A DNA stretch of 64,000 nt, taken from positions 961,734-1,025,733 of the forward strand of contig CP175956.1 of the NCBI GenBank assembly GCA_046116545.1, read 5' to 3'. How positions within the stretch are numbered: position 1 is the stretch's first letter; each line of letters begins with the position of its first letter. Positions 19,030 through 29,074 of this stretch are shown here, one piece after another. The notes beneath the pieces were generated by a model, which was given only the letters and a program-made list of their open reading frames with translations, did not search any database and was not told the DNA's origin. The stretch is from Candidatus Moraniibacteriota bacterium. GTDB lineage: Bacteria > Patescibacteriota > Minisyncoccia > Moranbacterales > GCA-2747515. Position numbers and translations under genes: made by a program.

Positions 19030-20553
19030 TTAATCAGCTGAATTCCACATATCAATCGCATATGAATTACCTGTTGGGAAAAGTGGTGGTGGTTGATATA
19101 ATAGATTACCATCAAATATTAAATTACGTGTCTCAAATCCTGTTCCATCTGTATATCCAAATCCCATACGATTATTCGTTGCAATTGAACCATATAATTC
19201 TATGGTATCTTTGTAATTATTTGACCAATATTTTCTTCCTACTCTTCCATTTTGTGATAGAAGCGCAGCATCAATTGTTAAAGTTTCAGTATCTGAACCA
19301 CTTGAAGCATTTAAATCACCTTCAGAATTACGTATAAATTCAATATTTCCCTCTGCCGCAAGACCCAGTACAGAATCACTATTACGATCTTCATACACAA
19401 TATCATCTGCGCCTAAAAAAATTCTTGCTTCATGTCCATTGTCTGGACTATGCGCAGCAACTGTCAATTTTTTACCTGCTGGTAATACTCCTTCAATCCA
19501 TACATTGTCACGCACATATAAAATACCTACATCCGGAATATCAACAATATCAACATCAGAATTACGTAATCGTGTAATAGATAGTGTATTATTATTAAAT
19601 TTCCGAACTCTAGTAATACGCATTTGATTTGAAGTAGGGACACCAAGCTCTATAAATCTACCCCTTTCTTCAGGACCATAATACAATCCCATAGCTTGTG
19701 CTGCCTCACGCATTAAATCAAAATTAGCTGTCACACTATTAAAATCTTGGGCTACAACAGGAAATTCTTTTCCCGCAAGAAAATGTTCACTATCATCCAC
19801 ATCTTCACTATTATCAAAACCAGGAAAAGCTGCAGCCCAAACTCCAGACCGCCAACCTCGCACATCACTATCATTATCATAATATGATGAAACCGAACTT
19901 GTAACGATATTATGAGCTATTCCATCAAAATGAAATCCACCATTGATATGCATTGGACCATATACTTCAGTACCTGAACTCAATCTAATCCTATTATTTG
20001 CCAAAATTGCAAACTCACTCCACGATGGTTTACGCAACCTAGCACTAATTGTACGTTCTTGATTTATGCCTGATGAACTAGCACTACCTTGTGATTTTAC
20101 ATTTAGAACAGTCGAATATTCTGTTGGTGCTGTAACACAAAGTTTATATTGTCCAATTTTATTATGATTTTCATCTTCATAATCTACAATATAAGCCTCT
20201 GTACCATCTCCATCTCCATCAGCAGTATCTGCATCATCACAATCTCCATCTCCATTATCATCAACACCCAATGGATTATTTGTCCAAAATTCTTCAATCT
20301 GAGTAGCTGTCTTCCCTTCAACATTATGAGCTAAATACCATCTATAAAAATAAATACCAGCTTCTGAAACATGTATTGCTTGTGTATCTGGTTCAAGTGA
20401 AGTATTATATTTCACATGAGAAACAACAAATTGAATCGTACCCGCAAATAAAACACTAGCTGCTGCAACAACAGTTAAAACATAAACCAATGCCGTTCCT
20501 CGCATTATATATTTTCCTAAAAATTTTTCTTTATTAAATTTCATAATTTTCAC
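19030..20553 (-). CDS. PilX-N-like pilus-associated protein, paralog 2
   Basis: N-terminus MRGTALVYVLTVVAAASVLFAG. Paralog of 15427..16803. Asp/Gly-rich inserts (GDGDCDDADTADGDGDGTEAY). Confidence 0.5.
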   Translation of the reverse strand: MKIMKFNKEKFLGKYIMRGTALVYVLTVVAAASVLFAGTIQFVVSHVKYNTSLEPDTQAIHVSEAGIYFYRWYLAHNVEGKTATQIEEFWTNNPLGVDDNGDGDCDDADTADGDGDGTEAYIVDYEDENHNKIGQYKLCVTAPTEYSTVLNVKSQGSASSSGINQERTISARLRKPSWSEFAILANNRIRLSSGTEVYGPMHINGGFHFDGIAHNIVTSSVSSYYDNDSDVRGWRSGVWAAAFPGFDNSEDVDDSEHFLAGKEFPVVAQDFNSVTANFDLMREAAQAMGLYYGPEERGRFIELGVPTSNQMRITRVRKFNNNTLSITRLRNSDVDIVDIPDVGILYVRDNVWIEGVLPAGKKLTVAAHSPDNGHEARIFLGADDIVYEDRNSDSVLGLAAEGNIEFIRNSEGDLNASSGSDTETLTIDAALLSQNGRVGRKYWSNNYKDTIELYGSIATNNRMGFGYTDGTGFETRNLIFDGNLLYQPPPLFPTGNSYAIDMWNSAD

Positions 20554-20559
20554 TTATTT

Positions 20560-21216
20560 TTATGTTGGAATATCATCAAATTCTGTTAAGTTTCTAACAA
20601 CAACAAAAGATTCTATCCGCACATCATCTGGAGAACGAAATATTGGTTCTGGATTAACATATAATACTATTTTTACCATACGTACGTCTGCCGGTGTTGC
20701 CATCGTTTCCAAAGCCATTCCATTAATATCATCATATTCATAAATAGTACCATCAACATCATAATATTCAAAAATGACCTCTCCCGATGCAACATCATTT
20801 GTAATATTATTTGCCATATCTCGCACTTCTTCAGTACCACTATATTCTGGTGGCGTACTGGTATCAGGCTCAGTAATACCTCTTTTGAAGATGCTATCTT
20901 CAACAAAATATCTAACTCTCTCAACTATGCCATCATTATCATAGTCTGCATAAAAAATAAACTCATGATCATCAGCTAACTCTATTGGAAATGCACCATT
21001 TTGTGCTTGTTGTGCCTTGCGCATAGTATTTATAGCATCTTCAACAGCATTGCTTGCAACAAATGATGCCACCCCACTCTTAATTGCAAAGTGATTCATA
21101 GTCCACATCTTAACAAAAAAAAGTGATGCACCCAACATAACAATTGACGTAATTGCAATTGTTACAATCATCTCAACAAATGTCACACCTTTATAAGTTT
21201 TTTTAAAATTAATCAT
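20560..21216 (-). CDS. Type IV minor pilin / pseudopilin with prepilin leader, paralog of 16829..17461
   Basis: YKG|VTFVEMIVTIAITSIV leader. Shared block ER(I/V)RYF with the other 210-aa pilin. Confidence 0.7.
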   Translation of the reverse strand: MINFKKTYKGVTFVEMIVTIAITSIVMLGASLFFVKMWTMNHFAIKSGVASFVASNAVEDAINTMRKAQQAQNGAFPIELADDHEFIFYADYDNDGIVERVRYFVEDSIFKRGITEPDTSTPPEYSGTEEVRDMANNITNDVASGEVIFEYYDVDGTIYEYDDINGMALETMATPADVRMVKIVLYVNPEPIFRSPDDVRIESFVVVRNLTEFDDIPT

Positions 21217-22745
21217 GAACTAAGTATTAATGCAATCTCTTTTTCTGTTAATTCACTAATTTCTATAGAATCCGTTTCTTCATCATATTCTTCTGCATTA
21301 ACTACTATATTATAATCTTCTCCATCAACTAGTGTATCTGTTGTATTTTCTGGAAAATATACATATCCAAATTCATCTGTTATCAATGTAACTTCATAAA
21401 CAGGATCTAATGTCGTACTCTGTAATTTAACACTTGCACCCTCAATTGGTACAGATTCTGCATCAATAATTTCTATAATGCGAATAAATGCACTATCATA
21501 TTCATTATTAATAAAAATCATCTTTGATTGTGTATTTACACCAGAAGTGACTACTGTATTTTGTGGATTATCTTCATCATTTGGATTCATTTTCCAAAAA
21601 GTATAATTTGAAAAACTGCCTGGTAAAACAATATTATCAACTTTGTATATGCCTGAGTTAGCATAATTACCATTTAACACATCTGAAGTAGAATATACAT
21701 CTATATCAAATGTTGTTGTATCAGTGATTTCTCCTGTAGAATTCAAATTATACACATTTTCGATGTCATCATCTGCAGTTGTGCCCAAAACCGCACCACC
21801 TATAATATCAAACTGCACATCAGGAATGCCTACTTCAAAAGGATCCTGAGATTTAATATTTAATTGCGAAATTTTATTAGTATTAAAAGCTGTAGTTGTA
21901 ATACTACCTGCAGCAACACTTTGATGAATATATACTGGATTATATTCCCCTTCATTTAATGGCTCTATTAAATCATTTCCAGAAAATGCACTCAAAGTTT
22001 CTCGTGTTTCATAACCATTTTTTTCTATAGTAATCTCATAACAAGTATCACAAATTGGTGCACCCACATACATAAAATTACCATCAGAATCAGTAGTTCC
22101 CGTCAAAATTGATTCACTGCACGCAGGATGTCCAACAATATCACACATATTGTCACTAATGGAAACTATTACACCCTCAACAGACTCTACTGGTTCAACA
22201 CCAGTATCTAAAACATTTATAGATAATATACCTCCAGTTGGCATAGCCTCTAGACCACCTGGTGGTACAAATTGTGATACTAAATTTATTTGTTTTGATT
22301 GATACTTTACATCATTTAATGCATCAGCCTTAGAGACAGAATCACTAAGACCAGGACCCCAAATAATTGTTACACCTACTCTCTTATAATCCTCAAATCT
22401 AATATCAGATGGAGCAGAACCATCTGTTGGATCATCCACAAAAAATACAGATGTGATTATCCTATAATTCAAACCATTCACACTTGCAACCTCATCATCC
22501 TCTATGTCCCCTATAGGTGCATTTGCTTTTGTGGCAACATTTTCATAAGCTAAATTTCTAAAATGTTCCATTCTTTCATTTGCTAATGCAACAGCTCCTC
22601 GACGATATTTAGAATCTTGCATATGTCCCATAGTTTCTGTAAATACCTTATAAAAAGTAACAACTAAAATTGAAAAGACAGCAAGGGCAACTAGCCCTTC
22701 TATCAGTGTAAAACCCTTTTTATGTTGTATCTTTTTTATAACCAT
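21213..22745 (-). CDS. Large pilin-like protein with prepilin leader, paralog of 17480..18964
   Basis: Start moved to the internal Met (MVIKKIQHKKG|FTLIEGLVALAVF). The longer ORF would overlap the pilC 3' end. Confidence 0.65.
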   Translation of the reverse strand: MVIKKIQHKKGFTLIEGLVALAVFSILVVTFYKVFTETMGHMQDSKYRRGAVALANERMEHFRNLAYENVATKANAPIGDIEDDEVASVNGLNYRIITSVFFVDDPTDGSAPSDIRFEDYKRVGVTIIWGPGLSDSVSKADALNDVKYQSKQINLVSQFVPPGGLEAMPTGGILSINVLDTGVEPVESVEGVIVSISDNMCDIVGHPACSESILTGTTDSDGNFMYVGAPICDTCYEITIEKNGYETRETLSAFSGNDLIEPLNEGEYNPVYIHQSVAAGSITTTAFNTNKISQLNIKSQDPFEVGIPDVQFDIIGGAVLGTTADDDIENVYNLNSTGEITDTTTFDIDVYSTSDVLNGNYANSGIYKVDNIVLPGSFSNYTFWKMNPNDEDNPQNTVVTSGVNTQSKMIFINNEYDSAFIRIIEIIDAESVPIEGASVKLQSTTLDPVYEVTLITDEFGYVYFPENTTDTLVDGEDYNIVVNAEEYDEETDSIEISELTEKEIALILSS

Positions 22746-22746
22746 A

Positions 22747-23964
22747 CTAAATATTTTCAAGAACACTATACATAGGAGTAAGCATAGCAACTGCAAAAAA
22801 TCCAACAGCTCCACCAATAACAAGCATCAACACCGGCTCTATAATTGAAGAAAGATTTTTTGTAATTTGATTTACCTCTTCTTCATAAAATTCAGCAAGT
22901 TTGTTCATCATATCTTCTGTCTTACCCGTTTCTTCACCAACTTGAATCATCTGTGCAACTATAACTGGAAATATATTTGGATATTCTGCAATCACACTAG
23001 ACAACTCAACACCTCTTTGAATTTTACTACGCCCCTCCATTATGGCATCTTTAAAAAATGTATTTGAAAGTGTATTAGCAACAATTTCCAGTGAATCAAC
23101 AACAGATACTCCACTGTGCAACAATGAACTATAAATTCTAGCAAATCTAGCACAATTAACTTTTATTACAATATTTTTAATTGCTGGTGTTTTCAATAAA
23201 ATGAAGCTCATTGTCTTTTTACCTATTTGAGTAGATGTGAACATTTTCATTCCAATTCCACCACCAATTAATACAAATGCAATTAAAAAACCATGATTTT
23301 GCAAAGCATCACTCATACCTATTATAAATCTAGTAGCGGCAGGCAATTCAACTTCCATATCTCCAAATACTCCAAGAATTTGCGGTAAGATATACGTCAA
23401 CATAATAACAGCCACAATCATCATAGCAAATACAATTACCGCAGGATAAATCATGGCACCTTTAACTTTTGATTTTAATTCATGTTCCTTTTCCATCTGA
23501 ATAGTTACAATATCCAAAGATTGATCCAATGTTCCTCCGATTTCACCAACTCTTATCATGTTTACAAATAAGTCATTGAAAATAAGTGGATATTTTGCAA
23601 GAGATTCACTAAAAACGACTCCTTCTTGTACATCTTTATAGATATTTTCCAAAACTTCTTGAAAATGTTTATTTTTCGTCTGCACACTTAAATTCGATAA
23701 CGATCTTCCAATAGTTAATCCAGATGCAATCATAACACTTAAATTCCTAGTGAAAAATAATTTTTCTTTCAAGCTAACACCATTTAATCTATCCATCAAT
23801 TTAACATGTGGTTTACTGCCCTGCACTTCCATTCTTTCTATTGATGTAACAACAAAACCCTCACCACGCAATTGCATAGCAAGACCTCTTTCATTTGTTG
23901 CATCCATTTCTCCTGACTTAGGAGTACCGTCAACACTTTTTGATGTATATAAATATTTTGGCAT
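22747..23964 (-). CDS. pilC: Type IV pilus inner-membrane platform protein PilC (GspF family)
   Basis: 405 aa with the duplicated T2SSF-domain layout and 3 TM segments. Confidence 0.85.
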   Translation of the reverse strand: MPKYLYTSKSVDGTPKSGEMDATNERGLAMQLRGEGFVVTSIERMEVQGSKPHVKLMDRLNGVSLKEKLFFTRNLSVMIASGLTIGRSLSNLSVQTKNKHFQEVLENIYKDVQEGVVFSESLAKYPLIFNDLFVNMIRVGEIGGTLDQSLDIVTIQMEKEHELKSKVKGAMIYPAVIVFAMMIVAVIMLTYILPQILGVFGDMEVELPAATRFIIGMSDALQNHGFLIAFVLIGGGIGMKMFTSTQIGKKTMSFILLKTPAIKNIVIKVNCARFARIYSSLLHSGVSVVDSLEIVANTLSNTFFKDAIMEGRSKIQRGVELSSVIAEYPNIFPVIVAQMIQVGEETGKTEDMMNKLAEFYEEEVNQITKNLSSIIEPVLMLVIGGAVGFFAVAMLTPMYSVLENI

Positions 23965-23973
23965 TATTTTATT

Positions 23974-25749
23974 TTATTCTTTTGTTACTCTCATAACTTC
24001 TTCTATACTTGTTACACCTTGAATGATTTTATTAAATCCATCTTCAACCATTGTCACCATTCCATCTTCACGAGCTTTCCTTTCCATCGCATCCGATGTT
24101 GCATTTTGAGTTATCAACTTTTCTATTGCTTCAGTTATTTCAAATACTTCATAAATACCAGCTCGCCCTTTATATCCGCTTCCATTACATTGTGAGCAAC
24201 CATTTGGCTTAAATAATTCAATATCGGTCCAACTAACACCCGGCTTTAAAACTTTAACTCTCTGAAGTGTTTTTGTGATAGCTTCAATATCATAATTAAG
24301 TGATAATGTTTCAACCTCCTTTTCATCTAACTTATACGATTCTCGACATTCAACACATAATTTACGAACCAATCGTTGAGCTACAACTATATTTGTAGTA
24401 GATGCTATTAAAAATGGTTCCGCTCCCATATCCACCATACGAGGAATTGCTCCAGCAGCTGAATTTGTATGCAATGTTGAAAGCACTAAATGTCCAGTCA
24501 TGGCAGCATGAATTGCAATTTCAAGAGTCTCTTTATCACGAATCTCACCAACCATTATAATATCTGGATCTTGACGAAGAAGTGATCTAAGTCCAGCCGC
24601 AAATGTCATACCAATTTTTGACTGAACCTGTGTTTGATTTATACTATCCATTCTATATTCAACAGGATCTTCTACTGTGGAAATATTTACCTCTGGAGAA
24701 TTTAAAATATCTACAATTGTATACAACGTTGTTGTCTTACCAGAACCAGTAGGTCCCGTCACCAAAACCATCCCATTTGGCTTTCTTATCTCTCTTTGTA
24801 TTGCTTCCAATGATTCTCCCTGTAATCCCATTTTTTCCAATGTAAGTCCATGTGATGATTCATCTAACAGACGCATTACAATTTTTTCACCATCAAAAAC
24901 TGGTAATATGCTTACACGAAAAGAAAGTTTATATTCATCAGTTTCCATTTTAAATCGCCCATCCTGTGGTAATCTGTGTTCATCCAATTTCAATTTTGAT
25001 AATACTTTTATACGCGCAGTAACTCCGCTCATAGCATCTTTTGGCAATGTCATAGCCTGGCGCAAAATACCATCAATCCTATATCTAACAATTATTTTTT
25101 TCTCTTGTGGTTCAATGTGAATATCAGATGCTCCGTCTAAAATTGCATGTTTAATAAGTGTATCCACTATTCTAACTATTGGGAGATCTTCAGAAATTTT
25201 CACTAAATCTTCATTTTTTTCACTATTTTCAATATCATCAGCATCAGAATCCTTTATCATATCTCCAAATTCAGCTTCCAAGCTTTTCGTGTATTGTTTC
25301 AAAATAGTTTTAATACTGTCATCTGTTGTTACATATGGCATTATATCCAAACCTGTTTTTTTCTTAAGAAAGTCTATCATCTGCAAATCTTCTGGATCCA
25401 ACATAGCTACCTTCAAAGTTTCACCAGCTTTCTCAAAAGCAACTACTTGAGATTTTTTTGCCACTTGTTCAGGAATTATATTTAATACTTTTGCATCGAC
25501 TTCCTCCTTTGTTAAATCCACAAATGGAAATCCTAATATAGAAGCAAAGCTTTTTATACAATCCATCTCATTAATAATCTCTTTTTCCATTAATAACTCA
25601 CAAAGTTGCACATTTTCTCTTTGAGCACGCACAAAAACAGGAGCAATCTCTGCTTCTTTTACAATTTTATTTTCTATTAAATAGTCATACAGTTGATCAT
25701 TTTCTATTTTCATCCTATCTATTTTTATTTCAATTCTATTATACACCAA
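23974..25749 (-). CDS. pilB: Type IV pilus assembly ATPase PilB (GspE family)
   Basis: Walker A VTGPTGSGKTTTLYT, Asp box, Walker B MVGEIRD, His box, C-terminal CxxC...CxxC (CVEC...CSQC). Confidence 0.85.
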   Translation of the reverse strand: MVYNRIEIKIDRMKIENDQLYDYLIENKIVKEAEIAPVFVRAQRENVQLCELLMEKEIINEMDCIKSFASILGFPFVDLTKEEVDAKVLNIIPEQVAKKSQVVAFEKAGETLKVAMLDPEDLQMIDFLKKKTGLDIMPYVTTDDSIKTILKQYTKSLEAEFGDMIKDSDADDIENSEKNEDLVKISEDLPIVRIVDTLIKHAILDGASDIHIEPQEKKIIVRYRIDGILRQAMTLPKDAMSGVTARIKVLSKLKLDEHRLPQDGRFKMETDEYKLSFRVSILPVFDGEKIVMRLLDESSHGLTLEKMGLQGESLEAIQREIRKPNGMVLVTGPTGSGKTTTLYTIVDILNSPEVNISTVEDPVEYRMDSINQTQVQSKIGMTFAAGLRSLLRQDPDIIMVGEIRDKETLEIAIHAAMTGHLVLSTLHTNSAAGAIPRMVDMGAEPFLIASTTNIVVAQRLVRKLCVECRESYKLDEKEVETLSLNYDIEAITKTLQRVKVLKPGVSWTDIELFKPNGCSQCNGSGYKGRAGIYEVFEITEAIEKLITQNATSDAMERKAREDGMVTMVEDGFNKIIQGVTSIEEVMRVTKE

Positions 25750-25840
25750 AAAGACAACACAACCAAATCAAAAAGCGAACCTAATTGGTTCACTTTTTGT
25801 TTAAATACTATCAATATTTAAATTTTCATTTTCTCTATAT

Positions 25841-27502
25841 TTACATCATTCCACCCATACCTGGCATTCCACCACCCATACCTGCCATAGCTGCTGCAGC
25901 ATCAGATCCGCCATCTTCACTAGGTTTATCAGTTATTACAACTTCCGTTGTAAGCAGCATTGATGCAACACTTACAGCATTTTCGATTGCAGTTCTAGTA
26001 ACTTTCAAAGGATCAATAATTCCTGATTTCACCATATCATCTTCATATATATCTTCCAATGCATTATATCCAAATCTTTTTCCCTTTCCTTCTATTACAG
26101 CATTATACACAACTGCTGCATCTCGCTCACCTGCATTTTGGGCAATTTGTTTAAGTGGTGCTGAAAGAGCATTCAATAATGTCTTATATCCAGCCTTAAA
26201 TTCATTACTAGCATCTTCATCTATTTTCAAAGTCATGCCAGCTTTAGCTAATGCAGTTCCACCACCAGCCACAACACCCTCTTCCACAGCAGCTTTTGTA
26301 GCAGCTAATGCATCTTCCAATTTATGACGCACATATCCCATTTCTGTTTCTGTTGCAGCACCAGCGCGTATCACAGCCACTCCACCAGACAACTTAGCAA
26401 TTCGTTTTTGCAATTTTTCCTGTTCATAACTTGAATCTTCAGATTGAGCTTGTCTAGATATTTGTTCAGCTCGTTCTTTTATAGATTTCTTTGTACCTCT
26501 TCCATCAACAATTATAGTCTCGTCTTTTGTTGATACTACTTTTGCAGCACTACCCAAAACGTCAAGGTCTACATTTTCCATAGTCATTCCCTTGTCTTCT
26601 ACAATAACAGTAGCACCAGTAACTATCGCGATATCTTCCAAAACATCTTTTCTAGTATCACCAAATTCAGGTGCCTTAATAGCTAACACATTCATTGTTC
26701 CACGTAATTTATTCACAACCAAAGTTGCCAACGCCTCACCTTCAAGCTCTTCACAAATAATAACTAAATCCTTTTTACCACTCTGTGCAATTTTCTCAAG
26801 CAATGGCAAAATATCATTTATAGCTGTTATTTTTTTATCAGTAATCAAAATTGCAGGTTCTTTAATTTCTGCTTTTCGAGATTCTGCATCGGTTATCATA
26901 TACGGTGATACATAACCCTTATCAAATTGCATCCCCTCTACTACATCATAACTCAATCCAACAGTTTGAGATTCTTCCACGGTAATAACACCATTTTTTC
27001 CAACCTGTTCCATAACATCAGCAATCATCTGACCCATTTCTACATTTTCAGCACTAATAGTGGCTACTTGTGCAATTTCTTCTTTTGAAATCACTTTTTT
27101 TGAATTTTTTTGCAAAACCTCTACAACATCATTCTTTGCAGCTTCTAATCCTTTACGTATTCCCACAGGATTTATCCCTGTTTCTACAAATTTCAAACCT
27201 TCATTTACAATTGCTTGCATCATTATCGTTGAAGTTGTAGTTCCATCACCTGCTGCATCATTAGTTTTATCAGCAACTTCTTTAATTAATTCCGCACCAA
27301 TATTTTCAAATTTATCTTCAAGTTCAATTTCTTTTGCAATTGAAACACCATCATTTGTTACAGTGGGGGCTCCGAATCCTTTATCCAAAACAACATTTCT
27401 ACCCTTTGGTCCAATTGTAGTTTTTACTGCATTTGCAACTATATCAATACCTGCTACAACTTTTTTACGAGCATCTGCTCCAAATTCTATTTGCTTTGAC
27501 AT
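25841..27502 (-). CDS. groEL: Chaperonin GroEL
   Basis: Motifs AAVEEGVVAGGGTAL and C-terminal GGM repeats (GGMPGMGGMM). Start placed at MSKQIEFGADAR rather than the longer ORF start. Confidence 0.9.
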   Translation of the reverse strand: MSKQIEFGADARKKVVAGIDIVANAVKTTIGPKGRNVVLDKGFGAPTVTNDGVSIAKEIELEDKFENIGAELIKEVADKTNDAAGDGTTTSTIMMQAIVNEGLKFVETGINPVGIRKGLEAAKNDVVEVLQKNSKKVISKEEIAQVATISAENVEMGQMIADVMEQVGKNGVITVEESQTVGLSYDVVEGMQFDKGYVSPYMITDAESRKAEIKEPAILITDKKITAINDILPLLEKIAQSGKKDLVIICEELEGEALATLVVNKLRGTMNVLAIKAPEFGDTRKDVLEDIAIVTGATVIVEDKGMTMENVDLDVLGSAAKVVSTKDETIIVDGRGTKKSIKERAEQISRQAQSEDSSYEQEKLQKRIAKLSGGVAVIRAGAATETEMGYVRHKLEDALAATKAAVEEGVVAGGGTALAKAGMTLKIDEDASNEFKAGYKTLLNALSAPLKQIAQNAGERDAAVVYNAVIEGKGKRFGYNALEDIYEDDMVKSGIIDPLKVTRTAIENAVSVASMLLTTEVVITDKPSEDGGSDAAAAMAGMGGGMPGMGGMM

Positions 27503-27638
27503 ATCTTTATTTATCCCACCACAGCTCTCATTGAACAATGATAGATTATTATTATTTACATTTATAAATTAGCAATCTCTCAAAACGAGTGCTAATCACT
27601 TAAGTATTGTACCGAATTTCATCTTGCTGTCAAGAATT

Positions 27639-28691
27639 TTATACTTTAAATTCTACAACATCACCATCTTGCATGATGTAGTCTTTTCCAACTGTTTGTA
27701 AATCCCCACTTTCCCTTGATGCACTCCAGCTTCCAGCATCAAGTAATTTTTGCCAATTTACAATATCAGCCCTTATAAATGAATCCTTAAAATCATTATG
27801 AATTGCAGCTCCTGCCTCTGGAGCAGTAGAACCCTTCTTAATAGTCCAAGCTCTAGTTTCAATTTCACCAGTTGTGAGAAATGTTTGCAATCCCAATAAC
27901 TCAAATGCCTCAACTATCAAATCATTTAGATGAGATTCCATTCCCAATTCGCTAGCTTCCTCCACACTCATTTCCATTAACTCTTCTTCTATTTTTATAT
28001 CCAATTTCACATGCGGCCTTGATTCTAATTCATCTTCAAGTTTTTTATCAGTATCTGATACATTGTAAATATACATTATCGGCTTCATAGTCAAAAGACT
28101 CATTTCAGTAATAATTTTTTTATGAGGTTCATGTGTAAAATCTATTTCCATAGTATTAGCAAGATTTCCATCATCCAATAATTGTTGCATTTTTTCAACT
28201 AATTCCATTTGACTAACAGCTTCTTTATCATTGCTCCGAACTAATTTTTCAAGTCGTAAAACAGTCTTGTCTACAGTAGCCATGTCAGCAAGAATAAGTT
28301 CCGTCTCAACAATTTCAATATCTCGAATAGGATCAATACTATCATGCACATGTGTAATATTTCCATCATCAAAAACTCTTACAACCTGAGCAATTGCATC
28401 AACGTCACGAATATTAGACAAAAATTTATTTCCAAGTCCCTCACCTTCAGATGCTCCCTTAACCAATCCTGCAATATCAACAAACTCAACAACTGTTGGA
28501 ATAATTTTTTGAGTCTTTGACATCTCAGCTAATTTATCCAATCTCTCATCTGGTACCTCCACAACTCCAACATTTGGCTCAATCGTACAAAATGGATAAT
28601 TATTTATATCAACTGGATTATTTGTCATTGCTTTAAAAAGAGTTGACTTCCCAACATTAGGAAGACCAACGATACCTACCTGTAACGCCAT
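27639..28691 (-). CDS. ychF: Ribosome-binding ATPase YchF
   Basis: G1 motif [14 protein letters not shown]. YchF layout with a C-terminal TGS domain. Confidence 0.85.
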   Translation of the reverse strand: MALQVGIVGLPNVGKSTLFKAMTNNPVDINNYPFCTIEPNVGVVEVPDERLDKLAEMSKTQKIIPTVVEFVDIAGLVKGASEGEGLGNKFLSNIRDVDAIAQVVRVFDDGNITHVHDSIDPIRDIEIVETELILADMATVDKTVLRLEKLVRSNDKEAVSQMELVEKMQQLLDDGNLANTMEIDFTHEPHKKIITEMSLLTMKPIMYIYNVSDTDKKLEDELESRPHVKLDIKIEEELMEMSVEEASELGMESHLNDLIVEAFELLGLQTFLTTGEIETRAWTIKKGSTAPEAGAAIHNDFKDSFIRADIVNWQKLLDAGSWSASRESGDLQTVGKDYIMQDGDVVEFKV

Positions 28692-28738
28692 ATAATAATA
28701 TATTTAGTAATTAATTAATGAATAATCTGCACAATAAT

Positions 28739-28951
28739 TTATTCGAGTTCATCAAGTTTAAAATCATTTACGAAAAGAACAAAAAGTCCAATACCTAATG
28801 CAACTGAATAACTTAATGCCTCATTATCTGGAAATAAAAAAGTTTCTAACAATCCAAACATGCCATACCAAAACATCACAATTGCCACTGCAACAATAAC
28901 AACATATCCATTATGATACGTATTACGAATTCTCCTCAATGTTTTCCTCAT
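28739..28951 (-). CDS. Small two-TM membrane protein, unknown function
   Basis: 70 aa, hydrophobic. Confidence 0.3.
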   Translation of the reverse strand: MRKTLRRIRNTYHNGYVVIVAVAIVMFWYGMFGLLETFLFPDNEALSYSVALGIGLFVLFVNDFKLDELE

Positions 28952-29074
28952 ATATAAAAATAATATTTTAATATATACACATTACCACGCAATCAACAAA
29001 AAATAAAGAGAAGTTTATATCTTTTTATTAACTTTAAAGGAGTAATTAATTCAATATTGTTTCAAGTTTGTTGT

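Noticed and set aside
22746-22823. Upstream 26 codons of the 536-aa pilin-like ORF (MLLVELLDFLQ...)
   Set aside because: They would overlap the pilC 3' end. The internal Met gives a canonical prepilin leader directly followed by G|FTLIE.
27503-27538. Longer groEL N-terminus (MFNESCGGINKD...)
   Set aside because: GroEL homologues begin at the MSKQIEF equivalent. The extra 12 codons have no counterpart.
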